A stretch of DNA of 64,000 nt, from the NCBI GenBank assembly GCA_951406725.2, contig OX597816.1, positions 108,376,001 through 108,440,000 of the forward strand. Reading direction: 5' to 3'. Source of the DNA: Octopus vulgaris. Taxonomy: Eukaryota. The notes below the pieces were generated by a model. It ran no database searches. It saw only the letters and a program-made list of their open reading frames with translations, and was not told the origin of the DNA. Positions 28,001 to 41,325 of the stretch are shown piece by piece; position 1 is the first letter of the stretch, and every line of letters starts with the position of its first letter. Both the position numbers and the translations under genes were made by a program.

Positions 28001-30465
28001 CCCATTGTTAGATGTTCAGTGGTGAAAAACACAAACGAAATAAGCGTTTCCTGTCACTGACGTCTTTATGGTTGCTCAACCGTACAATAAATCGATGAGG
28101 CAATTGATTTTCATGCATTTATATATATTCGTACATATATGTGAGCGTGTTTGTTTATGTGTGCGCGTGTGTGTGCGTGTGTTTAAGCATGTGTACTTGT
28201 GTGTATGTGATTTTACCCTATTTAGCAACCTCTTTAAGTCAGTGTATATTGCCTTTGAATATTTAATATCTATGATTGTGCGTTTTTACGTTGTTTTATA
28301 AAGTGAACGTGAACGGTTTTTATTTTCTAATTTACGAAGGGGGCTATTCCAGTAGATATTCTATGTATATCTCTCTGTATAGGAAAATATGTATGTATGC
28401 ATACAATATTAACTGTTACTAATGAACTTAAACTTTAAAAGTTCATTACAAAATACGATGAACAACGGTATGATTTAAAGAAAACACAACGCTGCTAAGA
28501 CTTATAGAGTAGGTTGTCGTCGGTCATGCTCTGTATATGTGAGAGTGTGTACGTCTACTTGTGCTTATAACAAGACAGTGAACTGACCGAATCTTCACAA
28601 CATCGGATTGGTTACTTTGCGCTAGTGGTACGGTTCTCTGCAATTTGAGTTCAAATTTCGTCGAAGTCAAGTTTGCTATTCATCCTTTCGAAGTTGTGAC
28701 TACAGAAGCGATCTTGTCTTGGAGTTGATTCTTCTCGTTCACCATTATTTTCTCTGTCTCCCTTTGTAGAAGAAATTTGCTGCGCTCAGACCTAGAGAGC
28801 GGAGAGATCCGCCAAAACTTTATCCAAAACACCATTTGCATTAGGACTATGTCCCTTTGGCTTTGTTAGAACTGTAACTGTATTCTTAACTATAAAAGCG
28901 ACATAATTGTTTGCAAGACGGTTAAGTTATCACTAAACTTGAATATAGGACAGAAAAGCTATATTTGCCTGGATACACATACATATATTATATTAAAAGT
29001 TGACAATCTGCTCTGAATGTCGACGAGAACAGCATACCTACCGACAGAATTCAGAGTAGACTGTCAACTGCTTATATTTATAGAAGATACTTTCTCAGTG
29101 CAGTGCATTGAGATCGAACCTGGAACTATGTGGCTGCGAAGTAAACTTTTTGTAACCACACTGTCATGGTTGTGTTCTACTGTATCTATATCTCGATATT
29201 TATTGCGTTAGATTTCCTTTGTGGTTCTGTGCTTTGCTCCAGTACCCATTTTACTATTAATGTAGGCTTTAGCAAAAGTCTACGGCAAATGGTTGTTCCA
29301 ATTTTACAAGCTCTTTATCATCCTCGCTTCAAAGAATAAAGATTTGAGACTTTTATCGTTACCGATAATTCAATTATTCGAGAAAAGCAATTTTATTACA
29401 AGTGCATTCATTAGATACTTTCTCTTCCACTGATTCTGATTAACTCAGTACCAGAAAGTGGAAAGTTCTAGATGCATGTACCTAGTTAAAACTTGACAAG
29501 ATGGTTGCCTTGGAAAGAAATAATTTTATCAATAATGGCTCACAAGAGGCAAAATATCAAAAACAGCAGCAACAGCTTAGAGAGTCAATCTGACATTCTT
29601 TTAATGTGTCTAGATGACTAAACTATGATCTTTTCTTGGGTAGTTTTAGCCGATTCTAATCATCTGTAAACAATTAGATCGTGTTCGAGGTTTAATGCTA
29701 ATTCATGGAATATTATCGTCCATCTTTCTCTTCATCAGTCTCAGAATTCCTGCAAAACTGACCATGGGTGCTGCTTTTTCTGCCCTAAATAAAGTACTGA
29801 AAATATTCTGATAAAATTCGGACGCTCTTGAATCAGTATGAAGGTGCTGAAGATCTAATTGCAATGTTGTAGGTGTACGCGTGTGTGTGTTTGTGTGTGT
29901 GTGAGTGTGTGTGTGTTTGTGTGTGCTCCTCTGGAATCTTTCCTCACTAGAAACATTATAAACTGTTCCCGAGATTCAATGCATTTACTCTACTTGCTAC
30001 AATTAGCAGTCAGATCTTCCCAAGTACTCTACCGTCTTAAAAATAATTACACATTATAGCTATAAATCTATTAAACAAGCAGACGATAAGGGTTTGAATG
30101 CCTATGATCAAATACAATCTCTTATCAGGCCTGAACTGAGGACGAATAACAATTACAATAACAATTTTTTTCGACCATTCATTTTACACCCTTTTCCTAT
30201 GGAATCTCAGTCAAGACATTCTCTTATAATTCTTATCACCCTTTTCTTTTTATTCTCTCTTTTCCTCGTCTCTTAGTAGTTACAATATACCCATCCTGTC
30301 AATATATCCACCATCCACTTAACTATTTGTTTCTCATGCAGAAGGAACTTCAGTCATTCTTTTAAGATGTCTATCCCATTAATTTCTCCACTCAAAATTT
30401 AGGTCGCAAGTACTGGTATTTCACAATGCCTGAAGGTCTCAGAGTATTTATCAAAGATCAGGGAC

Positions 30466-30519
<54 letters not shown>

Positions 30520-30529
30520 CGTCTATCTG

Positions 30530-30575
<46 letters not shown>

Positions 30576-30606
30576 CGTCTATCTGTCTATCTATCTGTCT
30601 ATCTAC

Positions 30607-30644
<38 letters not shown>

Positions 30645-30870
30645 GTCTATCTATCTATCTATCTATCTAGATTCAGATGAATATGGTACTTAAGTTGAGG
30701 CACCAGAATTTAGTACGGTATTATCCATACAATTTCAAAATAAGATGATTAAAATCAAAATAAGCAACAACTATCTATCTTTCTATCTATCTGTCAATCT
30801 ATATATATATATATATATATAATGATAAATCTCAGAGCGAGTTATAAACAGTAGCGGTAACACATCGTGA

Positions 30871-31104
30871 CGCATATTTGCCATTTGAATATGGCTAACC
30901 CCTAAGGTGATGAAAGGTAAACACCTTGAAACTCGGGTCCTTGTGTATCATGAGTTGAAGACGGGGAGGATGACTCCCCTTCACAAATACTGAGAGGACA
31001 CAGATAGTGTGTCTATAGCCAGCTGGAGGAGATATCTTCCTGGGCTACAAACTACAGTAGCATCCACCCTTAGGGGTTAGCCATGTTCAAATGGCAAATA
31101 TGCG
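30871..31104 (+). mobile_element. PLE pseudo-LTR-like unit with 37-bp inverted ends and an HHR motif (30903-30943)
   Basis: 30871-30907 is the reverse complement of 31068-31104 (1 mismatch). taag-GTGATGA-AAGGT-aaac-ACCTT-GAAA-C-tcgg-GTC-cttg. Flanked by (TA)n. Confidence 0.7.
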
Positions 31105-31822
31105 ACTATATATATATAATTATATATATAATTAATTAATTACATATATATATATATATATATATATAAGTAATCATTCATCCTTAATGAGTTATTCTCC
31201 CCACTGCGGGTGTAAATTTAATTGATTAACATATTTTAGTTGTCTACACTAATTATGTTAGCATCCAATTAATTAACTACGTTATACCTGCATTTTGAAA
31301 TATAAAATTTATAGAATGCAAAATACCTGCTTTCTTAAATAAAAAAAACTGTAAAATATTAGAAATATCCATTTATACAACTTTGTTTATGAGATGTGTA
31401 GGTGTTAGTGCGCTTGTATTTAGGTGTGTATTTAGTATCACATTTTTAGATGGAAGCTATGAAAACGCTGTTGCTCATCACAAGCACGCACGCACACACA
31501 CACACACACACACTCATTCATATATGTGTATGTGTGTGTCTGTGTTGGTGCGTGTGTATGTATGTTTCTTATACTATGGCACAAATAACTTATAAGAACC
31601 AGGAGATACTTCCCAATGCTAGATGTAATGATTTATTCTATTTGTTATATGCTGAAAATTTCATTAAATGTCGCTCAAGCTTCACGACTGCCGCCCCCCA
31701 AAAATAAGAAATGAGGAACTCTGACTGCTGTGTAACGAAGTTTTCAGCTTATAATGCACATCGATTCATATTACATACATAATACCATGCTGGCTTGCAC
31801 AACGGATATTGAATGATGATGA

Positions 31823-31877
<55 letters not shown>

Positions 31878-31922
31878 AATAATCCGTAACAAGATAATAT
31901 ATTTATCCATTTCATTTACATA

Positions 31923-32025
<103 letters not shown>

Positions 32026-32038
32026 CATACATAATGTG

Positions 32039-32081
<43 letters not shown>

Positions 32082-32437
32082 TTGATATATATATATAACG
32101 TGATTTATTTTCCTAGTGTCCAACGCTACTATTTATATATTTCTATACCCAGAAATATAATTATACCCTGTCTGTTTGATTTCCTTGCAAAACTTAAGAC
32201 GCTAAGTAAGATATTTTCGTTGCATGTCCGAAATATTTGTCAATGGCAGTAATCTCTCACTTCTCTCTCTTTCTCTCTCTCTCTCCATTTATGCATTTAC
32301 ACACACATAGATATATATACATATATCTATGTGTGTGCGTGTGTGTATGCATATATAAATATGAATGCATATATACATGCATACATACATCTGTGCTAAA
32401 AGAAAGATGTATACATAGATAGATAGACGGATAGATC

Positions 32438-32522
<85 letters not shown>

Positions 32523-35249
32523 CTGTGTGTGTACGTGTATGTATGTATGTATGTGAGTATTTGTATATGCGTGTGCATTTTCTTTATAGTATTACAAAAT
32601 ATTTCGTTTTGTCATGGAAAGTGAATAATACAACACGTTAGCATACGAAAATTAAGAGGTACACAAACATATACACTGCACAGTCAAACAGATACGCACA
32701 TACATATCAGAAACAATGCTAGATCTCTCTCTTTCCCAATCCCTCTCTCACTCTCTCTCTCACTCTCTCTCTCTCTCCCTTAAGATAAATATTATTTCCC
32801 TCTTTCGCAGCTTTTGATAGATTCTTATAATATACTCCATTTTAAATAGCCTCAAGTGTAAATCACAATTTGATATATTTGTATCTTTTCATACGTATCT
32901 CCTCCCATACAAGCTTATAGATGTTTGTGCGCCTATATTTATGCAAGGATAGCATGTATGTCAATGTATAATATATAAATAGCATGTGTGTGTGCACATT
33001 TTTGAATGCATTTGGAAGTGTTTTCTCGTGTCGTTGTATATGTGTGAGTAATATTTCATATTAGTGAGCGTGAATATGCTGTTCTGTGTATATTTCGTAA
33101 AAGCAGTTCCAGCAAAGACTGACTAATTACATCCGTTTCCAACAATCGATACACACGATTAAATATGAGCCATCTTTAAACTAACAACAGTAACACGAGA
33201 CGAGAGCAGAGAACATATAGCATGAAATAATCTGTAATTTGGTGTTAAATTTGGATCAGTCGAAAGATTGTATGATTAAAAAAATATTGACTCGAAATTT
33301 TCTTTGTTTAATATGTTGCGAAAGATGAAAGTTCTTTAATGTTTGATGATAGAATTCCCAACAAAAGGAAATATAATATTAGTTTGCTGTGATATGTCTA
33401 TGTATCTTGTTTATTTAATTTTCCTACATGCCATTTATCAAGAGATTTCAAACACAAGACATCATTTATTGTTGCTGTCTTTGTTATTACTTGACCCCAG
33501 ATCAGCCCTGATCGAGCGAAAATTTTATGAAAATGCATTCTAGGAAGGCGGGAAGGAAGGAAGGAGGGAATGGCAAGAAGAGAGGAAGGAAAGAAGGGCA
33601 CACGACCTTCTACAAAACCTCTCAGATGAGTGGGAAGAAGAAGGGGAAGGTGGAAGGAATTCTGAAAGCAAAGACCTAACTCGAATTCTTGAAACATTGT
33701 CGATTCAACCAAAGGTAAGCAAGAAGCCGGAGCATATTATATTGAGTGATTCATTAAGTCTACCACCAAAATAAACCAGGGACAGATTTATACTTAATGA
33801 ATCACTCACAGAAAGAGTGGTGTACAATTATATTTAACATGCTCTTGTACACTTAATCACTAAAAAGACCGCTGCGGATATTCTCATCGGATTATGACTG
33901 GTGTCATTGGACTGTAAGTTCACGTGATTTTACATCAGCTATGAACTACCGTTCTATATTAAAACAACAAATATAAAATTTATTGATGTGCGCAACGTTT
34001 TGTCCAGCAGGAAGTCATTAATTAGAGGCATGCTAGGCAGCGATAATTAGAATATAGATATGTACGATTATACTTACATGTCCGTATACTCTCGAACGTG
34101 GAAAGACCTTCGCCGCGGATACTGTCTCAAGGTAGAATTCTCTTTACTGACAATATGTGTCAAAACACATTACTGGCCTATGAATGACATCGTCGGACGG
34201 TTGCTGACCAGTCCGTATCGGTGCTCATAACTGATATAGCATAACACCACAGAAACGCACATGTTCTACAGTCTAATGACGTCATTCAAAACCCAGTGGT
34301 TTGTTTTCACGTGCAATGAATATATACGTCAAATTTCTCTCCAGATACTGCCCTATGGATTAAATAAGGATTCTGATTCCAAATTCCAAGAACATTCTTA
34401 CTAAATACGATAAGGACTTAAGGAAGACCTTGGGATACAACGGCCAAAACTTTGAGATTACAACAACCGCGATGAGAAGTCTAACATAATGATGATAATT
34501 CCCATCTCAACATTTCTGAAAAAATCATTCATACACACCAGAATGGCCTACTGCTAACAACACTTTCTTTCGATCTCTGGATCATTTTATTTGTTATATT
34601 TAATAAGCGGAATATTATAGAAGCATTAAACAATCTCTGTAAGGTAATACAATATATGTATATTTTACCAAACTTCTCACCTGCACTGCTTAAAGCTTTT
34701 TTAAACATTTATATAATTTATATCTGTATTGTATTATTTTATTCCTATACTGAGCGAATATCAGAAATACATAAATTTTAACTAATATTGACTGTTTGGC
34801 TTCTGGTATTTTATGGATTTTACTATTATTAACCTGTTTACGTCGTAAAAGCAAATTTTTTAGTTGATTTCTGTTATATTATAGATTTTTATCCACGTTC
34901 TCTGTAAAATTCACAAAGAATTATCAGCAATAATATAAATGAAAATATGTTTATTTTCATGAGTGAATAGGTGCCGGCGTGGCTATATGGTAAGAAGCTT
35001 GCTTCACAGCCACATGTTTCCAGGTTTAATTCCACTACGTCGCACCTTGGGCAAGTATCTACTATTATAGCCCCAGGCCAACCAAAACCTTGTGGGTGGA
35101 TTTGGTAAACGGAAACTGAAAAGAGCCCGTCGTAGAAAGGTCCAAGGAAGAGAAGACGGAGAAAGAAAATCGCCAACGATACACACGCGGTCACATGATC
35201 TGTATTTCTCTTTCATGTGTAACTATGCTTTGCTTGATGCTTGATGAGT

Positions 35250-37560
35250 TTGAAGATAAATATTTGTTTATTAGTTTTAAACTAAAATGTGTTTACATTA
35301 CATACCATAGTTCTGAAGTGCATTCTAAGAAATATACTGAACACAATTCATCAACTGTCACAAAGATTACAATGTTAATTATTATGCCAAAGGTGCCTTA
35401 AGAAAGGCTGAAGTAAAAAACTTGATAAATGAGTTGGATGATGGGCAAAAGAAAACTTTAACAGAATTCATTTTCCAATTAATTGCATCTGCAACAACAT
35501 ATTTCACTATCGCAAAAATAAAAAAGATGCTTGCCAAACATTAAAACCTTTCGATAATGAAGAACAGTGACAATATTCATGGTTGAGGTTCAAGCAGTTT
35601 TGTTAAAGATTTAACACATAAAGTAGAGATTATTGCTGTAATAAAATATATGCCACTTTCAAGAACAGAAATTATATCACAAAATGTGCAGAACATTTTT
35701 TTTTTCTTTTTTAAATTCAGAATTTGTTTTGCACGCATTTTATATTCAAACCGCGTATTGAAACAAATATTGTTATATTTGGTAAGAGTCATAATTGATA
35801 AAGTTCATAATTGCTTTCACCGGCTGTTACTTTTCTGTATTTCACTTATCTTTTATAAAACAGTGGATTTTTATGTTACCAAAACTATTTTTCTCTACGT
35901 CAACCAGTAAGTTGTTGAATTGGTATACATTTGTTCTTTAAAATGGTTGATTTTCGGTATACAACAGATTTTTGCTATTGCTTAAAAGAAAAAGAAGTGA
36001 AATATAGACAAGCAACAACTGGTGAGTGTGCTTATAGGCTTTGTCAACCCTTCCAAAATATAACAAAAATATACAAGTTGGTTTACAAAAATCCAGAGTT
36101 TTTTTCACTTAGTAGTTTGATGAGTCAACTGATATTTTTGACGTTTTACAACTTCAGGGTTTTATACATATGATTTCCTCACGCAACTTTATTAATGAGG
36201 AACATTTTAACTCTAATTCCTTTAAAAGGCAAAATGCATGGTAAAGATATATATCATGTTTCAAGAATTTTATCCCTGGAAGTGATGTAACTTTTCAAAA
36301 ATTAGTTTGACTTGTAACAGATGATACTTCAACTGTGATAAGAAAATATGTGTTTTTGTTTGTCTTCATCATAAGGAACGAGACTTTACTATTCTTCATA
36401 AATTATCAATACATCATTCAACAAGTTCTATGCTTCAAAAATATTAAATATGAGTTCATAATGAAGGTTATTACTAAATACTTTAACTCCGTTCGAGTTA
36501 CATTCTTGTAACATAAGTTTCGTAAGGCTCTTTTACATGGAGAGTATTGTGATTTCATTTTACACACAGATGCTTGTTGGTAAAATATAAGCAAATAGAT
36601 ATGAAAAGCTAATTCCCAAAGTCATAGATTTCTTTCAATAATGGCTGAATTTTGTAAAGAATTAAATGATCCACACTTGTTTGTTGATTTATCGTCTTTA
36701 ATGACATCACACGAAGATAAATATCTATTACCGAACTAACGTGGCAGTCCATAGAAATAGAACGAATGCTGCTGTTGGTTAGCTCCGAGAGGCGATCGCC
36801 TCTAGCTAACTGATCTGTGGATGCCAAGCCATCAAAGGGAAATTCATGACTTCCCCTAATCGAAGGTTTACGGACGCAGGTTCGTGTGTCATATAGCTAG
36901 CTAGAGGCGATCGCTTTTCGGAGCTAATCAACAGCAGCATTCGTCCTATTTCTATGGACTGCCACGTTAGTTTGGCAATAAATATTAATACTCAGTATAG
37001 CTGCTGTATCTCTCCTTTAGGGAAAATGGGAATATGAAAAAATTTCACTGAAAATTTCAGGTAACAAACAGAAGCTTTCGACATTTTCAGGGTTTCAGTA
37101 AGAGACTTCCTTTGGAAACTACTGCTATATTCAATTCCAGTATATAATATATATGATCTGCGAAAGACAACTGATAATTTTCAGGAACAAATTTCTGATT
37201 TTGTTACTATCGTTGGTCCATCCTTGCTTATCTCGAATCCGTGAAAGTCCGTAGATAAGTTGACGTCGTACTATTGTGCTTTATTTTTCGTCGTTTCTAA
37301 CTCTCACAATTTATGAATCTAGATGTGTACATCACTTCCCAAACAGAGCTTCTTTTCAAATGATACGTAGTTCGGTTAGAAATGGAAATTATTACTTTGC
37401 AAAGTTATTTGCAGTTAATAATTCAAGTAGGAGACCTTAGACCTTAGAGTTTATTCAGAATGATTTCCCCGTTATAAAAATCCTGCTAAAGATGCAATTC
37501 ATAGTTTGTTTTAACGAATATTTGTGAGTCGGGATTTTTGACAATGAGCTTAGAAGTAGA
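35250..37560 (+). mobile_element. Decayed hAT-superfamily transposase fossil (Charlie/SPIN, GTF2IRD2-like)
   Basis: Collinear remnants KH*KPFDNEE, MPLSRT, TTGE, VTDDTSTVIRK (~TTDGAPAMVGK), IIQQVLC (~IIHQE.LC), EYCDFILHTDACW (~EYGDLLYHTEVRW) and ICESGFLTM (~LCESGFS dimerisation motif). Many stops. Confidence 0.7.
36726..36980. mobile_element. MITE with ~85-bp terminal inverted repeats nested in the hAT fossil
   Basis: tattaccgaactaacgtggcagtccatagaaatag...gcgatcgcctctagcta pairs with tagctagaggcgatcgc...ctatttctatggactgccacgttagtttggcaata, with few mismatches. Confidence 0.85.
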
Positions 37561-37730
37561 AGTAGATCACAAGCTTATTAGTACAACACTCTTCAAGATG
37601 ATGCCCCAGCATGGTCACAGCCCGGTGAGAGGAACAGGTAAAAGCTTAACTGAAAGGCACAATGAGTGTAACAGAGTTTACTAGTTCCTTCGAAGCTGAT
37701 GACTCGTTCTATGCTACACAAAGTTTTCTC

Positions 37731-37908
37731 TGTTCTTTGTTCGTTCACACGATGTGTCACGTGTGAATCGTTGGCATTTTCTTCCTCCGTCTTCTTTTTC
37801 TATCGGACTTTCCTTTGTTACTATAGAAGAGCTCCGCTCGAAACGTTAAACCATCTTTCTTTCCTTCCCTGAGCGTCTGCTAATACTTTACATGTACCAC
37901 GGGGGATT

Positions 37909-37951
<43 letters not shown>

Positions 37952-37973
37952 TCGTGTGAACGAACAAAGAACA
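37731..37973 (+). mobile_element. PLE pseudo-LTR-like fragment with degenerate HHR (37817-37851) and a 26-bp inverted copy across a (TA)n tract
   Basis: gtta-CTATAGA-a-GAGC-tcc-GCTC-GAAA-cg-TT-aaac. 37731-37756 is a perfect reverse complement of 37948-37973. Confidence 0.55.
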
Positions 37974-38822
37974 CACACGCACATACATAACCATTATACA
38001 TATATATATAAACTCTTGGAATATTTACATATTTCAATACTTACATAATTTGTATGTGGCAAAAATAATCATTATACTTTGACCTCTTTCTTATATACAA
38101 TAATAGTATATCTATAAACTTGAATATAGTCATTTTATGGCACTCCACTTTCTTAAAGTTTGACACAATAGAATATTCTCGTTATAATTCCATCATATTT
38201 ATTTCTATTAGAAAAGTCTGTATGCTTTGAGAAAAGGATAGTGACGTTTCGGATAAGACCATTCATCAATATATTTTTCCAATGCAAACTACCACTAGTT
38301 TCTTGAACACTTATTTGAAAAAATCAGTTGTGTGTGTAAGTGAGTGTAGGTGTATCTACATGTGTGTGCATGCGTGTGTGTATGGGCGTGTGTTTGCGCA
38401 TGCATGTGTTATATTTATGTGTACTTGTGTGTTTGCTTGGGAGTAACAAACAACAACGTGGTTAGACAACAGTAGAAAAGACACTAGAGAGAGTGGTATA
38501 CTGTGTATGAGTGTATATGTATATATGTTTGTCTGTGTGAGTATGTATTTATTTATGCCTATACGTGCGTGCTATGTGCGTGTGTACTATGTGCGTGTGT
38601 GCTATGTATTATACAAATCGATTTATTGCCTGCAGAAAAGTTGCAATAACAAAGAATTGATTTGAAGTGACTTTTAAGAAGAAGGATATCTACCTAGGTT
38701 CCATTGATGCGTACGTTTGTGTCTCCGTATATGTGTACGCGTGTACACTGGAATTTACTGTGCGTGCTGGTATATAGAATGCACAGTTATGCTGGTAAGT
38801 ATGAATGTGTTGTTTGTATGAG

Positions 38823-38866
<44 letters not shown>

Positions 38867-39728
38867 CATACATATGCGTGTATATAAACTCATACATAAG
38901 TATACATAGACATACATACACATATATGTACACCTAGATATACGTATGTGTTTAAAGAATGATAAAGAATGTTCTATTGTGTGGACGAGTTGGTGTGTGG
39001 GCGTTTGTATATATATGTGTGTGTGTGTGTTTGTACCTATGTTGTTAGGATTGTTTTTATGTACATATAAACACCTGTTTATGTTCCCTAGTTGCTTATT
39101 ACCACCTGGCTCTTGCATGTTGTGAACGGAATCAGATCTAATGCGATCTTTCGGGAGAGGTTTCCGGTCTTAAAATAACAACACCCTTCCTCATAACCGG
39201 TCACGAAAGCCCAGCAAAGTGTAATGGACGCTATCTCTTCCTCTCTGCCTAACCCAGTTTAAAATATGTACGTCTAATGTCACGTTACGAGTTTCTTTTC
39301 GGTTGTATCTGTGTGCGTGGGAAGGCAGTAATGAAAGCATTAATGTAGTAATATATCTGCTTGTTAAGTTTATTTATAATCATGTGTCCGCATGTGTGTA
39401 TGCATACATTTAGCAGTTATGCTTGTAAAAATTACCGTGTTTATGTTTATATTGTGTGTGTATATATATGTGTGTACGTGTGTGGGTGCGTGCGTGTGTG
39501 TGTACATACACAATATATATGATGTGTGTGTGTGTGTAGTCAAATCGAATAAGCGAACATTAAAGGTCACAATAACAACTACAAGAGGACGTGCACATGG
39601 AATGTATGAGTGTGATGCTCGATAAAAAGAGAGACGTTTCGAGCATAGCTTTTCGTCGGAAGAGAAATGGAAAAGGGAAAACTCCAAAGGAGAGAAAAAA
39701 CTCAACAACAGCATGTGTGTAGTTACAT

Positions 39729-39761
<33 letters not shown>

Positions 39762-39765
<4 letters not shown>

Positions 39766-39897
39766 AGAGTAAACACAGAAATGTGAAACAAGGTGGACAA
39801 AAGAATACTCAAATACCAGAGGTAGAGTAATATGCTTTATTTAAAAGCAGCATAAATTTAACAAAAGCTGTTACTCGGAGTTTCACGTTCCCGTTCG

Positions 39898-39900
<3 letters not shown>
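39762..39900 (-). mobile_element. Second copy of the 25251 HHR-bearing unit, truncated at the ribozyme core by (TA)n
   Basis: Minus strand: TGACGA-ACG-ggaa-CGT-GAAA-CTC-c-GAGTA-acagcttttgtt. The downstream sequence matches 25226-25260. Confidence 0.72.
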
Positions 39901-39931
<31 letters not shown>

Positions 39932-39936
<5 letters not shown>

Positions 39937-40220
39937 GGGCGCATGACTTAGTGGTTAGGACATTGCACTCACGATTGCTAGTTCGTGGTTTCAATTCCTA
40001 GAGCGGGTGGTGCGTTGTTGTTTTCAGCAAAACACTTCATCTCACGTTGATCTGTGATGGTATGCGTGGTACACAGTGCACCTGTTCAGACAGCGCTGAT
40101 TTGATGGAGAGAGTGAGCTAATGTACGGAAGAAAATTTGATCACAATAAACAAATCATTTGTGCAGGTCGTTCGGCAAAAGCTGAATGCTTATATGTCGT
40201 CTTCGACGGGAGAGTCCATT
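39932..40220 (+). mobile_element. Degenerate tRNA-derived SINE
   Basis: Head GGGCGCATGACTTAGTGGTTAGG...GGTTTCAATTCC (A/B boxes), then the AGCAAAACACTT motif shared with other SINEs here. Confidence 0.6.
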
Positions 40221-40334
40221 ATATAAATATGTGTGCGTGTGTATGTGTGTGTGTGTGTGTAGGTAAGAATGGAGAAGAAATTTCAAAGGTGAAGCCCTTT
40301 ATCAAATTGAATCACTACACATCATATATATATA

Positions 40335-41325
40335 ATAATAATAATAATAAACATTGTGTACAGTGCTCAGGTGCACTACAACTCATCGAAAGTGTATATA
40401 TAATCAGGTGTAGTTTCGACGGATTTCGGAAAACATGAGGGCCTTAAAGGATGCAGTGTCATGGCAGTCAACAACTGACGCAGGCAGTTTATTCCATGCT
40501 TCAGCAACTCTGAGTGTGAAGAAATGTTTCCGAAAGTCATGGGAGCTGTGTTGTTTTCTGACTTTGTAGGCATGTCCACGTGTGTTAGACATATGGAGAT
40601 CAAAAAGGTGTTCAGTGTTGTTATTGGTGAGGTGGTTGACAACTTTGTGGCTGTTTACCAAGTCCGTCGCCAGACGCCGGAGCTTCAGTGAATCCATGCC
40701 TAGGGAAACAAGGCACTCAGAATATGGTAGGTGTCTGATGGAGGGTATGCGTTTGGTTGCACGTCTCTGAACAGATTCCAGGAGGTCAATGTTCTGAGCA
40801 AGATAGGGGTTCCAAACTGATGATGCGAATTCCAAGTGTGGTCGTACCATAGCTGTATACAGTTTTAAATAGATGGCTGGAGAGCGGCTAACAAAAGTCT
40901 TGCTGAGTGATGCCAAGACACCCTCGGCCTTCTTGACAATTTTAGAGATATGCTTTGTCCAACGCAAATCAATGCTGACAGTGATGCCTAGGTCACGCTC
41001 GCAAGAGGATTTCTTGATATCAGTGTTGTGGAGGGAGTATGTGGACGCAGGGTTTTTTCTCCCAAAATGCATGGTGGTACACTTGTCCACAGCCAGTTTC
41101 AGTTGCCAGTCTGTGATCCATTGCTGCATTGTGTCCAGGTCTGATTGCAGGAAAGAGCTGTAGACAACAGGATCTGTCCTCTTGATTTCAAGGTACAGCT
41201 TGATGTCGTCTGCATATTTTAATACTGTGGCATTCTTTAAATTTGCATCTATGTCATTAATGTATGCCACAAACAAGAGGGGACCAAGGACAGATCCCTG
41301 TGGTACACCCGATGACATCTCATAT
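40335..41325 (-). mobile_element. 5'-truncated CR1-clade LINE (RT C-terminal half, 3' UTR, (ATT)n tail)
   Basis: Open frame SGVPQGSVLGPLLFVAYINDI, LKYADDIKLY, ERDLGI, VRPHLEFASSVWNP, LESVQRRATK, TRGH and FFTLRVAEAWNKLP to the stop at 40404. Short 3' UTR with a gtgc/gcac hairpin and a TTA-repeat tail. Confidence 0.93.

Noticed and set aside
28768-28870. Acceptor-like site followed by ESGE (TM2-like start)
   Set aside because: No hydrophobic TM2 follows, and the frame hits a stop before any donor.
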